DNA of 64,000 nt, from assembly GCF_009914755.1 (NCBI RefSeq), contig NC_060939.1; one strand, 5' to 3'. Below, piece by piece: positions 26,901 to 41,600 of the stretch. This stretch comes from the human T2T-CHM13v2.0 reference genome, Homo sapiens. Under the pieces are notes generated by a model. The model saw nothing but the letters and a program-made list of their open reading frames with translations, was not told the DNA's origin and did not search any database. The position numbers and the translations under genes are program-made. Numbering within the stretch: the first letter of the stretch is position 1; each line of letters opens with the position of its first letter.

Positions 26901-29899
26901 TCCAATCAACTTCAACGTATTCCATTCAACTCCATTCAATGCCCCTCAATACCATTCCATTCGATTCCATTCCAATTGATTCCAGTCTATTAGACTCCAT
27001 TCTACTCGTTTCCATTCCATTCGAAACCACTCCATTCCATTCCACTCCACTCCATTCCATTCCACTGCAGTCCACTCTACTCCAATCCACTCCACTCCAC
27101 TCTTGTCCTTTGCATTCCATTCCATTCCCCTCCAGTCGACTCCAATCCACTCCAATCCTGTCCATTGCATTCCATTCCCTTCCCGTGCATTCCCCTCCTC
27201 TCCACTCCACTCCACCGCATTCCATTCGGTTCCATTTGATGAAACTCAGTTCCAATCCATATGATTACAACCCATTTGATTCCATTCCATTTTTTCCATT
27301 CTATTCCATTCCACTCCATTCCATTCCATTCCATTCCATTCCTTTCCATTGAATTCCACTCCACTCCAATCCATTCATCTCCACTCCGTTCAATTCCATT
27401 CCTTCCCATTCCATTCCATTCCACTACGTTGCACTCCACTCCACCCTACTCCATTCAATTCCATTCCACACCATTCCATTCCACTCGTATCCACTCCACT
27501 GCACTCCCCTTCACTGCATTTCATTCGATTCCATTTGATTCCATTCCATTATATTTCATTCCATACTTCTCCATTGCTTTTGATTCCATTCCATTCATTT
27601 CAATTCCGTTTGAGTCTATTCCATCCGAGTCCATTCCATTCGAGCCCATCCCATTCCATTCGTGTCCAGTCCATTGGAGACCATTCCATTCCAGTCCATT
27701 CCATTCCAGTTCATTCTGTTCGAGTCCATTCCATTCCACTCCATTACAGTCCACTTGATTCCAGTCCATTCCACTCAACTCCACAACATTCCACTCCACT
27801 CCACTCCACTCCCTTCCACTCCATTCAACTCCACTCCACTCCACACCACTCCACAACACTACACTCCAAACCATTCCATTCCATTCCATTCCACTGCATT
27901 CCACTCCACTTCCCCCCACTCTGCTCCATTCAATTCCATTCTTTCCCATTCCAGTCCATTGCATTCCATTCTATTCCACTGCACTCCGCTCGGTTCCATT
28001 CCATTCTTTCCCATTCCATTCCACTACACTCCATAGCACTCCAATCTCCTCCACTCCATTCAATTCCATTCCACCCCATTCCATTCCACTCCAATTCACA
28101 CCACTCCACTCCACTTGACCACATTCAATTGGATTCCATTCGATGCCATTCAACTGCATTACATTTGATACCTTTCCATTTGGTAACATTCCATTCGATT
28201 CGATTCCATTCAATTCTATTACATTCTTGTACGTGCCATTCCACTCCATTCCATTTTAGTCCTTTCCATTCGAGTCCATTCCATACCATTCCATTCCATT
28301 CCAATCCATTCCGTTCCAATCCACTGCATTCCTCTCCATTAGTGTCCGCTCAATTCCTCTCCATTCCACTCCAATCCTCTCCACACCACTCCGTTACTCT
28401 CCACTCCACTCCACTACCTTAAAATCCATTCCACTCCATTCCACTCCAGTCCACTCCCTCTAAAATCAATTCCACTCCATTCCATTCCACTCCACTCCAC
28501 TCCACTCCACTCCACTCCATTCCACACCATTCCACTCTAGTCTACTCCACTACATTCCACTCCACTCCACTCTACTCCATTCTATTCCATTGCATTTCAT
28601 TCCACTCCACTACAACCTACTCCATTCCATTACATTCCATTGCAATCCACTGCACTCCACTCCACTCCCCTCCATAAAATTCCATTCCATTCCACTCCAC
28701 ACCATTCCGTTCCACTCCATTCCATTCCATTCCATTAAATTCAACTCCAATCCACTCCATTCCACTCCACTCCATTGCATTCCACTGCACTCCACTCCAC
28801 TCCATTCCATTCCATTCCATTCCATTCCACTCCCTTCAATTACATTCCATTTCTTTCCGTTCCTTTCGACTCTATTCCATTCTTGTCCATTTCATTCCAG
28901 TCCATTCCATTAGAGTCCATTCCATTCCATTCTATTCCATTCCACTCCTCTGCATTCCCCTTCAATCCATTCCTTTCCATTCCATTACTGTCCATTCCGT
29001 TCAATTGCACTCCACTCCCCTGCACTCCTTTCCACTCCATTCCTTTCCATTCCATTCCATTCCACTCCACTCCAGTCCATTCCACTGCATTCCATTCCAC
29101 TCCACTCCATTCCTTTCCATTCCATTGCATTCCACTCTTCTTCACTCCACTCTGCTCCGTTCAATTCCATTCTTTCCCATTCCAATCCATTGCATTCCAC
29201 TCTACTCCACTCCACACTGCTCCTTTCAATTCCATTCTTTCCCAATCCATTCCACTCCACTCCACTCCTCTCCACTCCATTATATTCAATTACACCCCAT
29301 TCCGTTCCACTCCATTTCACACCACTCCACTCCACTTGACCACATTTAATTGGATTCCATTCGATGCCATTCGACTCCAATCCATTCAGTTCCTTTCCAT
29401 TCAGTAACATTCTGTTCGATTGCATTCTATTCTATTCCATTCCATTCGAGTCCATTTCATTCCACTCCATTCCATTTTATTCCTTTCTATTGGAGTCCAT
29501 TTTATTCCATTCCATACTTTTCCACTCCACTCCATTTCACTCCGTTAGAGTCCACTCTATTCCACTCCATTCCACTCTAATCGACTCCACTCCACTCCAT
29601 TCCACTCCACTCCATTCCACTCCGTTATAGTCCACTCGATTCCACTCCATTCCACTCTAATGCACTCCACTCCATTCCACTCCACTCCACTCCCCTAAAA
29701 TCCATTCCACTCCATTCCACTCCACTCCATTCCACTCCACTCCACTACATTCCACTCCACTCCACTCCATTCCACACCACACCACTCTACTCCACTCCTC
29801 TACATTCCACTCCACTCCCCTCCAGTCCACTCCATTCCATTGTATTCCCTTCCACTCCATTCCATTACATTCCATTGCATTCCACTACTCTCCACTTCA

Positions 29900-30116
29900 T
29901 TCCATTACACTCTATTCCATTCCATTAAATTCCACTCCAATCCACTCCACTCCATTCCACTCCAATCCATTGCATTCCACTCCACTCCACTCCACTCCAT
30001 TCCATTCCATTACACTCCATTCCATTCCATTAAATTCCACTCCAATCCACTCCACTCCACTCCACTCCACTCCAATCCATTGCATTCCACTCCACTCCAC
30101 TCCACTCCATTCCATT
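29900..30116 (+). repeat. 105-bp tandem duplication
   Basis: taaattccactccaatccactccactcca at 29926 and 30031, each followed by tccaatccattgcattccac. Confidence 0.8.
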
Positions 30117-33100
30117 ACATTCCATTGCATTCCACTCCATTTGATTCCTTCCATTCAATTCCTTTCCATTCGACTCCATTCCTTTCGAGACCATTCCATT
30201 CCAGTCAATTCAATTCGCGTCTATTCCACTCCATTCCATTCCGTTCCATTCCATTCCATTCCTCAGCACTCCACTCCATTCTATTCCATTCCATTCCATT
30301 ACAGTGCATTCCATTCAATTCAACTCCACTCCACTCCACTACATTCCACTCCATTCCTTTCCATTCCTTTTCATTCCATTCCACTCCACTTCATTCCATT
30401 ACACTCCATTCCTTTACACCTCATTCCACTCCACTCCTCTCCAGTCCAGTCCATTCCACTGCACTGCATTCCATTCCACTCCACTCCACTCCAATACATT
30501 CCTCTCCACTCCACTCTATTCCATTCCATTCCACTGCATTCCACTCCACTCCTCTGAGTTCACTTCCATTCCTTTCCCATCGATTCCATTACACCTCATT
30601 CCACTCCACTCCACTTCACTACTTTCAATTCCATTCCACCACATTCCATTCCACTCCATCCCACTCCACTCCATTCCACTTCACCACCTTCCATCCAATT
30701 CCTTTTGATGCCATGTGTTTCCATTCTATTCAATTCCATTCCATTTGAAACCATTCCATTCAATTCCATGGCATTTGATTCCATGCCATTTTATTCCTTT
30801 CCTTTAGATTCCATTCCATTCCAGTCCATTCCATTCCATTCCACTCAACTCCACTCCATTCCACTCCACTCCACTCCATTCCACTCCACTCCTTTCCACT
30901 CCAATCCACTCCACACTATTCCATTCAACTCCATTCTACTCCACTCCTTTCCAATCCACTCCATTAAAGTACTTTCCACTCCACTCCATTCCTTTCCCTT
31001 CCATTGCATTCCTCTCCACTATACTCTCCTCCTCTGTGTTCACTTCCATTCCTTTCCATTCCATTCCATTACAGTCCATTCCACTCCACTCCACTCCACT
31101 GCTTTCAATTCCATTCCACTACATTCCATTGCATTCCACCCCACCTCACTCCACTCAACTTCACTGCATTCCATTTGATTCGATTCAATGACTTTCGATT
31201 CCTTTCCATTCCATTCCATTCCATTCCAGTCTATTGCATTCAGGTCCATTTCATTTGAGTCCATTCCATTTGAGTCGACGCCTTTCGACTCCATTCCATT
31301 CGAGTGCACTCCTTTCCAGTACATTCCATTCCATTCTATTCCATTCCATTCCATTCCACTGCACTCCACTTCACTCCACTGCCCTACACTGCATTCCTTT
31401 CCTTTCCATTCCATTCCAATACACTCCACTCTGCTCCACTCCATTCCAATACCCTCCATTCCACTCCACTCCATTCTACTCCATTCCACTCCACTCCATT
31501 CCACTCCACTCCACTCCACTGATTCCCTTCCATTTCATTTTACGCCACTCCACTCCACTCGATTGCATTCCGTTCCATTGCTTTCCGCTCCACTCCACTC
31601 CAATCCACTCCGTGCAATTCCATTCCTTCCTATTCCATTCCATTCCACTCCCTTCCAATCCACTTCACAGCACTCCATTCAATTCCATTCCAACGCCGTC
31701 TATTCCACTCGATTCCACTCCACTCCACTTCACCGCATTCCATTGGATTCCATTCGATGGCATACGATTCCAATCCATTCGATTCTATTTCTTTCAATTA
31801 CATTGCATTCGTTTCCATTCAGTACGATTCGATTCCATTTGATTCCATTCCATTCGATTCCACTCCATTCCATTCCATTCCATTTCATTCCATTCCCCTC
31901 CACTCCATTCCACTTCAATCCACTCGTTTCCACTCCATTCCACTCCATTTAACACCACTCCATTACATTCCATTACACTAAATTCCATTCCAAGCCACTC
32001 AACTCCATTCCACTTCACTCCACTCCACTCCATTCCTTTCCTCTCCACTCCACTCCAGTCCAATCCATTCCATTCCATTCCACTGCACTCCACTGCACTC
32101 CATTCAATTCCACTCCACTCAACTCCACTCCACTCCATTCCATTCCATTTCATTCCACTCCAAACCACTCCACTCCATTTCATTTCAGTCCATTCCATTC
32201 CACTCCACTCCACTCCATTCCATGACATTCCATTACATTACATTACATTCAACTCCACTCCACTCCACTAAATTTCATTCAGCTCCACTCCATTACAAAC
32301 CGCTCCACTCCCCTCTATTCCATTCCACTCCATTCCACTCGACTCCAACTGTCAGCATTCCATTCGATTCCATTTGATCCCATTCGATTCCATGCCATTC
32401 GATTCCATTCCTTTCTATTCCATTCCAGTCCATTCCATTCCATTCCATTCCATTCCATTCCATTCGAGTCCGATCCGTTCGAGTCCATACAATTTCAGTC
32501 CATTCTGTTCGAGTGCACTCCATTCCATTCCATTCCTCACAATTGCACTCCAATCCACTCCATTCCATTCCCCTCCATTCCACTCGAATCCACTCCACTC
32601 CATTCCATTCCATTCCACTCCACTCCACTACACTTCACTCCACACCATTCCACTGTATTCCCCTCTAATCCTTTCCACTCCACTCGATTACACTTCACAC
32701 CACTCCACTCCACTCCACTTTACTCCACTCCATTCCATTCCATTTCATTCCACTCCCCTCCACACCCCTACACTCCACTCTACCCCACTCCATTCCATTG
32801 CACTCCACTCCATTCCACTCCACTAAATTCCAATCCACTCCACTGCACTCCACTTTGTTCCATTCCACTCCATTCCGCTCCACTCCATTCCATTCCACTC
32901 CATTCCATACTGTTCCATTCCATTGCATTCCAATCCAATCCACCCCTCTTCACTGCATTCCATTCGATTCCATTCTATGAAATTCAATTCCACTCCATTT
33001 GATTCCAACCCATTCAATTCCATTCCACTTGTTCCATTCCATTTGACACCATTCCTTTCAATTCCATTCCATTCGACTCCATTCCATTCGAGTCCATTCT

Positions 33101-36100
33101 TTTCCAGTCCATTCCATTTGAGTCCATTCCACTCCACTCCATTCCAATCCATTGCAACCGTTTACAGTCCATTAGTTTCAATTCAACTCCACTCCACTCC
33201 ACTCCATTCCACTCCATTCCATTCCATTCCATTCCACTCCACTCCATTTCATTCCACAGCATTCCATTCCACTACATTCCACTCCACTCCACTCCACTCC
33301 ATTCAATTTCACTGCACTCCATTCCATTCCACTCCACTCCACTGCTGTCCAATCCATTCCACTCCATTCCGTTCAATTCCATTCCTTAGCATTCCATTCT
33401 ATTCCACTCCATTCCACTCCACTCAACCCCACTCCATTCAATTTATTTCCACCCCATTCCATTCCAATCCAATCCACTCCACTGCACTCCCCTTCACTGC
33501 ATTACATTCGATTCCATTTAATTCCATTACATTGTATTCCATTCCATTCGAATCCATTCCATTTGATTCCATTCCATCCGATTCCATTGCACTTGAGTCT
33601 ATTCCATTCGAGTCCATCCCATTCGATCCCATTCCATTCCATTCCGTTCCATTCGATTCCATTCCATACGTGTCTAATCCATTGGAGACCATTCCATTCC
33701 AGTCCATTCCATTCCAGTTAATTTTATTTGAGTCCATTCCATTACACTCCATGCCAGTCCACTTGATTCCACTCCATTCCACTCCACTCTACTCTACTCC
33801 ATTCCACTCCACTACACTCCACTACACTCCATTCCACTCCATTCAACTCCACTCCATTGCACTCCACTCCACTCCACACCAATCCACCCCACTCCACTGC
33901 AATCCATTCCATTCCGCTCCATTGCACTCCACTCCACATCACCCCACTCTGATCCGTTCAATTACATTCTTTCCCCTTCCAATCCATTGCATTCCTTTCT
34001 TCTCCAGCTCACTCCTCTCCGTTACATTCCATTCTTCCCCATTCCAATCCATTGCATTCTGTTCTACTCCACCCCACTATGCTCCGTTCCATTCCATTCT
34101 TTCCCATTCCATTTCACTCCACTCCATTCCACTCCACCCCACTCCACCCACTCCATTCAATTCCATTCCACCCCATTCCATTCCACTCCATTTCACACCA
34201 CTCCACTCCACTTTACCGCATTCAATTGGATTCCACTCGATGCCATTTGACTCCATTCCATTCGATTCCTTTCCATTCGCTAACATTCCATTCGTTTCCA
34301 TTACATTCGATTCCATTCCATTCGAGTCCGTTCAATTCCACTCCATTCCATTTTAGTCCTTTGGATTCGAGTCCATTCCATTCCATTCCATTCCATTCCA
34401 TTCCATTCCATTCCATTCCGTTCTATTACATTCCATTCCACTCCATTCCACTCCATTATAGTCCACTCGATTCCACTCTATTCCACTCCAACCCTTTCCA
34501 CTCCACTCCAGTCCACTACCCTAAAATACATTCCACTCCACTCCAGTCCTCTACCCTAAAATACATTCCACTCCATTCCACTCCACTCCATTCCATTCCA
34601 CTCCACTGAATTCCACACCACTCCACTCTACTCCACTCCACTATATTCCACTCCATTCCACTCCACTCCAATCCTCTCCATTCCATTCCTTTGCATTCTA
34701 TTCCACTCCACTCCACCCTACTCCATTCCATTACATTCGATTGCATTCCACTGCACTTCACTCCACTCCCCTCCATACAATTCCATTCCATTCCACTCCT
34801 CTCCTCTCCATTCCATTCCACTCCATTCCATTCAATTACATTCCACTCCAATCCACTCCACTCCCCTCCACTCCACTCCATTGCATTCCACTCCACTCCA
34901 CTACACTCCATTCCATTACATTCTGTTGTATTCCACTCCTTTCGATTCCATTCCTTTCAATTCCCTTCCATTCGAAACCATTCCATTTGAGTCCATTCCA
35001 TTCCATTCGAGTCAATTCCATTTGATTCCTTTCCATTCGGTTGCATTCCATTCCATTCCATTCCTTTGATCTCATTATATTCGATTCCGTTCCTTTCCAC
35101 TCTATTCCATTTTAGTCCTTTCCATTGGAGTCCATTCCATTCCATTCCATTCCATTCCATTCCATTCCATTCCACTCCATTCCACTCCATTAAACTCCAC
35201 TTGATTACACTCCATTCCACTCCAATCCACTCCACTCCACTCCATTCCACTCCACTCCACTCCACTCCATTCCACACCACTCCAATCTACTCCACTCCAC
35301 TCCATTCCTCTCCACTCCACTCCATTCCGTTGCATTTCATTAGACTCCACTCCACCCTACTCCATTACGTTCCATTCCATTGCATTCCACTGCACTCCAC
35401 TCCACTCCACTACATACAATTCCCTTACACGTCACTCCACTCCACTCCACTCCATTCCTTTACACTGCATTCCATTCCATTCCATTAAATGCCACTCCAA
35501 TCCATTCCATTCCATTCCACTCCATTGCATTCCACTTCACTCCACTACAATCCAATCCATTCCTTTACATTCCATTGCATTCCACTCCATTCAATTCCAA
35601 TCCATTCAATTCCGTTCCATTCGACTCCATTCCATTCGAGTCCATTTCATTCGATTCCATTCCATTCGAGTCCATTCAACTCAATTCCATTCCATTCCAT
35701 TCCTTTCCATTCCACTGCACCCCGCTCCATTCTATTCCATTCCATTCCATTCCATTAAAGTCCATTCCATTCAATTCCATTCGACTCCATTCCATTCCAT
35801 TCCACTCCATTCCATTCCACTCCACTCCTCTCCACTCCACTCCACTCAATTCCACTGCACTCCATCCCATTCCTCTCCACTCCTCTCCAATCCACTCCAC
35901 TTCACTTCACTCCATTCCATTCCACACCATTCCTCTCCACTCCTATCCACTCCACTCCAATCCATTCCACTCTACTCCACTCCACTCCATTCCACTCCAC
36001 TCCTCTCCACTCTGTTCCACTTCACTCCCCTCCCCTATGTTCAATTCCATTCCATCACATTCCATTCCTTTCCATGCCATTGCACTCCAATCCACTCCAC

Positions 36101-36262
36101 TCCATTCAATTCCATTCCACCCCATTCCATTACACTCCACTCCACTCCACTCATTTTCAACGCTTTCCTTTCAATTCCATTGAATGCCTTTGAAACCATT
36201 CCATTCGATTCCATTCCAATCTATTCCATTCTATTGGACTCCATTCCATTTGACTCCTTTCC

Positions 36263-36277
36263 ATTCGAGAAAATTCC
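36263..36277. promoter_or_regulatory. Sequence match to a canonical 3-unit heat shock element (nTTCn nGAAn nTTCn)
   Basis: aTTCg aGAAa aTTCc. Motif match only; function not shown. Confidence 0.35.
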
Positions 36278-36351
36278 ATTCCATTCCACTCCACTCCATT
36301 CCATTCCATTCCACTCCAGTCCTCTCGATTCCATTCCACTCTAGTCCACCC

Positions 36352-36500
36352 CACTCCACTCAACTCCACTCCTGTAAATTGCATTCCATTCCATTCCTCT
36401 CCAGTCAACTCCACTCCACTGCAATCGAGTGCACTCCACTCAACTCCACTCCTGTAAATTGCATTCCATTCCATTCCGCTCCTGTCAACTCCACTCCACT
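36352..36500 (+). repeat. 80-bp tandem duplication
   Basis: caactccactcctgtaaattgcattccattccattcc at 36361 and 36441. The sister unit near 38760 has only one copy. Confidence 0.87.
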
Positions 36501-38654
36501 CCTGTCCATTGCATTCCATTCCATTCCCCTGCATTCCACTTCTCTCCACTCCACTTCACCACATGCCATTAGATTCCGTTCGATGAAACTCAATTCCATT
36601 CCATGTGATTTCAACCCATTTGATTCCATTCCATTTATTCCATTCCTTTTCATTACATTCCATTACATTCCACTCCTTTCCTTTCCTTTCCATTCCATTC
36701 CATTGCATTCCACTCCACTCTAATCCATTCCATCCACTTTGTTCAATTCCATTCCTTCCAATTCCATTCAATTCCATTCCACTCCATTGCACTCCACTTC
36801 ACCCCACTCCATTCAATTCCATTACACCCCATTCCATTACACTCCTATCCACTCCACTGCACTCCCCTTCACTGCATTCCATTGGATTCCATTCGATTCC
36901 ATTTAATTCCATTCCATTGTATTCCATTTGATTCCTTTCTATTTGATTCCATTCCATTTGATTCCATTCCATTCGTTTCCATTTCATTCTAGTCCATTCC
37001 ATTCGAGTCCATCCCATTCGAGTCCATTCCATTCATTCCATTCGAGTCCATTCCATTCATGTCCAATCCATTGGAGACCATTCCATTGCAGTCCATTCCA
37101 TTCCAGTTAATTCGATTCGAGTCCATTCCATTCCCCTTGATTCCACTCCTCTGCACTCCACTCCGTTCCACTTCACTCCACTCCACTCCATTACACTCCA
37201 CTCTTCTCCACTCCACACCACTCCACTCCACTCCATTCCATTCCATTCCATTCCATTGCATTCCACTCCAGTTCCCCACACTGTGCTCCGTCCCTTTCCA
37301 TTCTTTCCTTTTCCAATCCATTGCATTCCACTCTACTCCACCCAACTCCACTCTGTTCAATTCCATCCTTTCCCGTTCCATTCCACTCCACTCCATTCCA
37401 CTCCAATCCACTCCACTCCATTATATTCCATTCCACCCCCTTCCATTCCACTCCATTTCACACCACTCCACTCCACTTGACCACATTCAATTGGATTCCA
37501 TTAGATGCCATTCAACTCCATTCCATTTGATTCCTTTCCATTCGGTAGCATTCCATTCGATTCCATTCCTTTCGATCCCATTCCATTTGATTCCGTTCCA
37601 TTTCACTGCATTCCATTTTAGTCCTTTCCATTGGAGTCAATTCCATTCCATTCCACTCCATTCCACTCCATTAAATTCTACTTGATTCCACTCCATTCTA
37701 CTCCAATCCACTCCACTCCACTCCATTCCACTCCACTCCACTCCATTCCACACCACTCCACTCTACTCCACTCCACTATATTCCACACCATTCCACTCCA
37801 CTCCATTCCATTCCATTGCGTTCCATTGCACTCCACTCCACCCTACTCCATTACCTTACATTCCATTGCATATCACTTCACTCCACTCCACTCCTCTCCA
37901 TACAATTCCATTCCACGCCAGTCCACTCTGCTCCATTCCATTCCATTACACTGCATTCCATTCCATTCCATTAAATTCAACTCCAATCCACTCCACTCCA
38001 TTCCACTGCATTCCACTCTACTGCATTCAACTCCATTCCATTCCATTCCATTCCATTCCAATCTACTGCACCCCACTCCATTCTATTCCATTCCATTCCA
38101 TTAGAGTCCATTCCATTCAATTCCACTCCACTCCACTCCACTCCATTTTTTTCCATGCCATTCCATTACACTCCACTCCACTCCATTCCATTCCATTCCA
38201 CTCCACTCCTCTCCACTCCACTCCACTCTATGCCGCTGCACTCCATCCCATTCCACTCCACTCCTCTCCAATCCATTCCACTTCACTACACTCCATTCCA
38301 TTACAGTCCATTCCATTCCACCCCATTCCACTCCACTCCTCTCCACTCCACTCCTATCCATTCCACTCCACTCCACTCCATTCCACTCCAGTCCTCTCCA
38401 CTCTGTTCCACTTCACTCCACTCAACTACGTTCAATTCCATTCCGTCACATTCCATTCCTTTCCACTCCATTCCACTCCAATCCACTCCACTCCATTCAA
38501 TTCCATTCCACCCCATTCCATTACACTCCACTCCACTCCACTCAACTTCAATGCTTTCCATTCAATTCCATTGAATGCCTTTCAAAACGATTCCATACGA
38601 TTCCCTTCCAATTGATTCCATTCTATTAGACTCCATTCCATTTGACTCCTTTCC

Positions 38655-38669
38655 TTTCAAGAACATTCC
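38655..38669. promoter_or_regulatory. Sequence match to a canonical 3-unit heat shock element, paralogous to 36263
   Basis: tTTCa aGAAc aTTCc. Motif match only. Confidence 0.35.
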
Positions 38670-41600
38670 ATTCCATTCCACTCGACTCCATTCCATTCCA
38701 TTCCACTCCTGTCCTCTCCATTCCATTCCATTCCACTCCAGTCCACTCCACTCCTCTCAACTCCACTCCTGTGAATTGCATTCCATTCCATTTCTCTTCA
38801 GTCAGCTCCACTCCACTCCTGTCCATTGCATTCCATTCCATTACCCTGCATTCCACTTCTCTCCACTCCACTTCACTGCATGCCGTTCAATTCCATTCAA
38901 TGAAATTCATTTCCATTCCATTTGATTCCAACCCATTCAATTCCATTCCATTTATTCCATTCCATTTCATTCCATTCCACTCCATTCCTTTCCTTTCCAT
39001 TCCATTCCATTGCATTCCACTCCACTCTAGTCCCTTCCATCCACTTTGTTCAATTCCACTCCTTCCATTTCCATTCCATTCCACTCCATTCCACTCCACT
39101 TCACCCCACTCCATTGAATTCCATTCCACCCCATTCCATTACACTCCTATGCACTCCACTGCACTCCCCTTCACTGCATTCCATTCGATTCCATTTGATT
39201 CCATTTCATTCTATTCCATTTGATTCCATTCCATTCGATTCCATTCCATTCTATTCCATTCCATCCGTTTCCATTTCATTCGAGTCCATTCCATTCGAGT
39301 CCATCCCATTCGAGTCCACTGCATTCCATTCCATTCGAGTGCATTCCATTCATGTCCAATCCATTGGAGACCATTCTATTCCAGTCTATTCCATTCCAGT
39401 TCATTTGATTCGAGTCCATTCCATTCCACTCCATTCCATTCCCCTTGATTCCACTCCATTCCACTCCACTGCACTCCACTCCATTCCACTCCACTCCACT
39501 ACACTACACTCCATTCCACTACGTTCAACTCCACTCCATTACACTCCACTCCACTTCACTCCATACCACTCCACTCCACTATATTCCATTCCATTCCATT
39601 TCATTCCACTGCACTTCACCCCAATCTGCTCCGTCCCATTCCATTTTTTCCCATTCCAATCCATTGCATTCCACTCTACTCCACCCAACTCCGCTCCTTT
39701 CAATTCCATTCTTTCCCATTCCATTTTACTCCACTCCATTGCACTCCAATCCTCTCCACTCCATTCAATTCCATTGCACCCCATTCGATTGCACTCCATT
39801 TCACACCACTCCACTCCACTTGACCGCATTCAGTTGGATTCCATTAGATGCCATTCAACTCCATTCCATTTGATTCCTTTCCATTCGGCAGCATTCCATT
39901 CGATTCCATTCCTTTTGATCCCATTCCATTTGATTCCGTTCCATTTCACTGTATTCCATTTTAGTCCTTTCCATTGTAGTCCATTCCATTCCTCTCTATT
40001 CCACTCCATTAAAGTCCACTTGATTCCACTCCATTCTACTCCACTCCACTCTACTCCATTTCACTCCCCTCCACTCCATTCCACACCAGTGCACTCTACT
40101 CCACTCCACTACATTCCACTCCATTCCACTCCACTCCATTCCATTCTATTGCATTCCATTCCACTCCACTCTACCCTACTCCATTACCTTACATTCCATT
40201 GCATTCCACTTCACTCCACTCCACTTCCCTCCATGCAATTCCATTCCACGCCAGTCCACTCCACTCCACCCAATTCCATTACACTGCATTCCACTTCATT
40301 CCATTAAATTCCACTCCAATCCACTCCACTCCACTCCACTCAATTGCATTGCACTCCACTCCTCTACACTCCATTCCTTTACATTCCATTGCACTCAACT
40401 CCATTCAATTCCATTCCATTCAATTCCGTTCCATTAGACTCCATTCCATTCTAGTCTATTTCATTCCAGTCCATTCCATTGGATTCCATTCAACTCCATT
40501 CCATTCCATTCCATTCCACTCCACGTTCCTCCACTCCATTCTATTCCTTTCCATTCCATTCCATTCTATTCCATTCCACTCCCCTCCACTCCATTCCATT
40601 CCACTCCTTTCCATTCCACTCCATTGCACTCCACTCCTCTCCACTCCACTCAGTCCATTCCACTGCACTCCCATTCCATTCCAGTCCACTGCACTCCCCT
40701 TCAATCCATTCAACTTCAATACACTCCATTCTGAACCACTCCATTCCATTCTCCTCCATTCCACTCCCCTCCTATCCACTCCACTCCAATCAATTCTACT
40801 CCACTCCATTGCATTCCACTCCACTCCACTACCGTCCACTCCGTTCCACTTCAATCCACTTCGCTACATTCAATTTCATTCCGTCCCATTCCATTCCTTT
40901 CCACTGCATTCCACTCCAATCCACTCCGCTGCATTAAGTTCCATTCCACCCTATTCCATTACACTCCACTCCACTCCACTCCACTCAACTTCAGTGCTTT
41001 CCAGTCAATTCTGTTCGATGCCTTTCAATACCATTCCATTTGATTCCTTTCCAATCGCTTCCATTCTATTAGACTCCATTCCATTTGACTTCTTTCCATT
41101 TGAGAACATTCCATTCCATTCCACTCCACTCCTTTCCATTCCATTCCGCTCCTGTCCACTCCACTCCACTCGACTCCTGTCAATTAAATTCCATTCCATT
41201 CCTCTCCAGTCAACTCCTCACCAATCCACTCCTGTCCATTGCATTCCATTCCATTCCCCTGCATTCCACTTCTCTCCACTCAACTTCACCGCATTCCATT
41301 CGATTCCATTCGATGAAATTCAATTCCATTCCATTTGATTCCAACCCATTCGAATCCTTTTCATTTATTCCACTCCATTCCATTCCATTCCATTCCATTC
41401 CATTCCATTCCATTCCACTCCATTCCTTTCCTTTCCATTCCATTGCATTCCACTCCACCCCAATCCATTCCACACTACTCCGTTCAATTCCATTCCTTCC
41501 CCTTCCTTTCCATTCCATTCCACTCCATTCCACTCCACTCCACTCCACCCCACTCCATTCAATTCGATTCCACCCATTCCATTCCACTCCTATCCACTCC

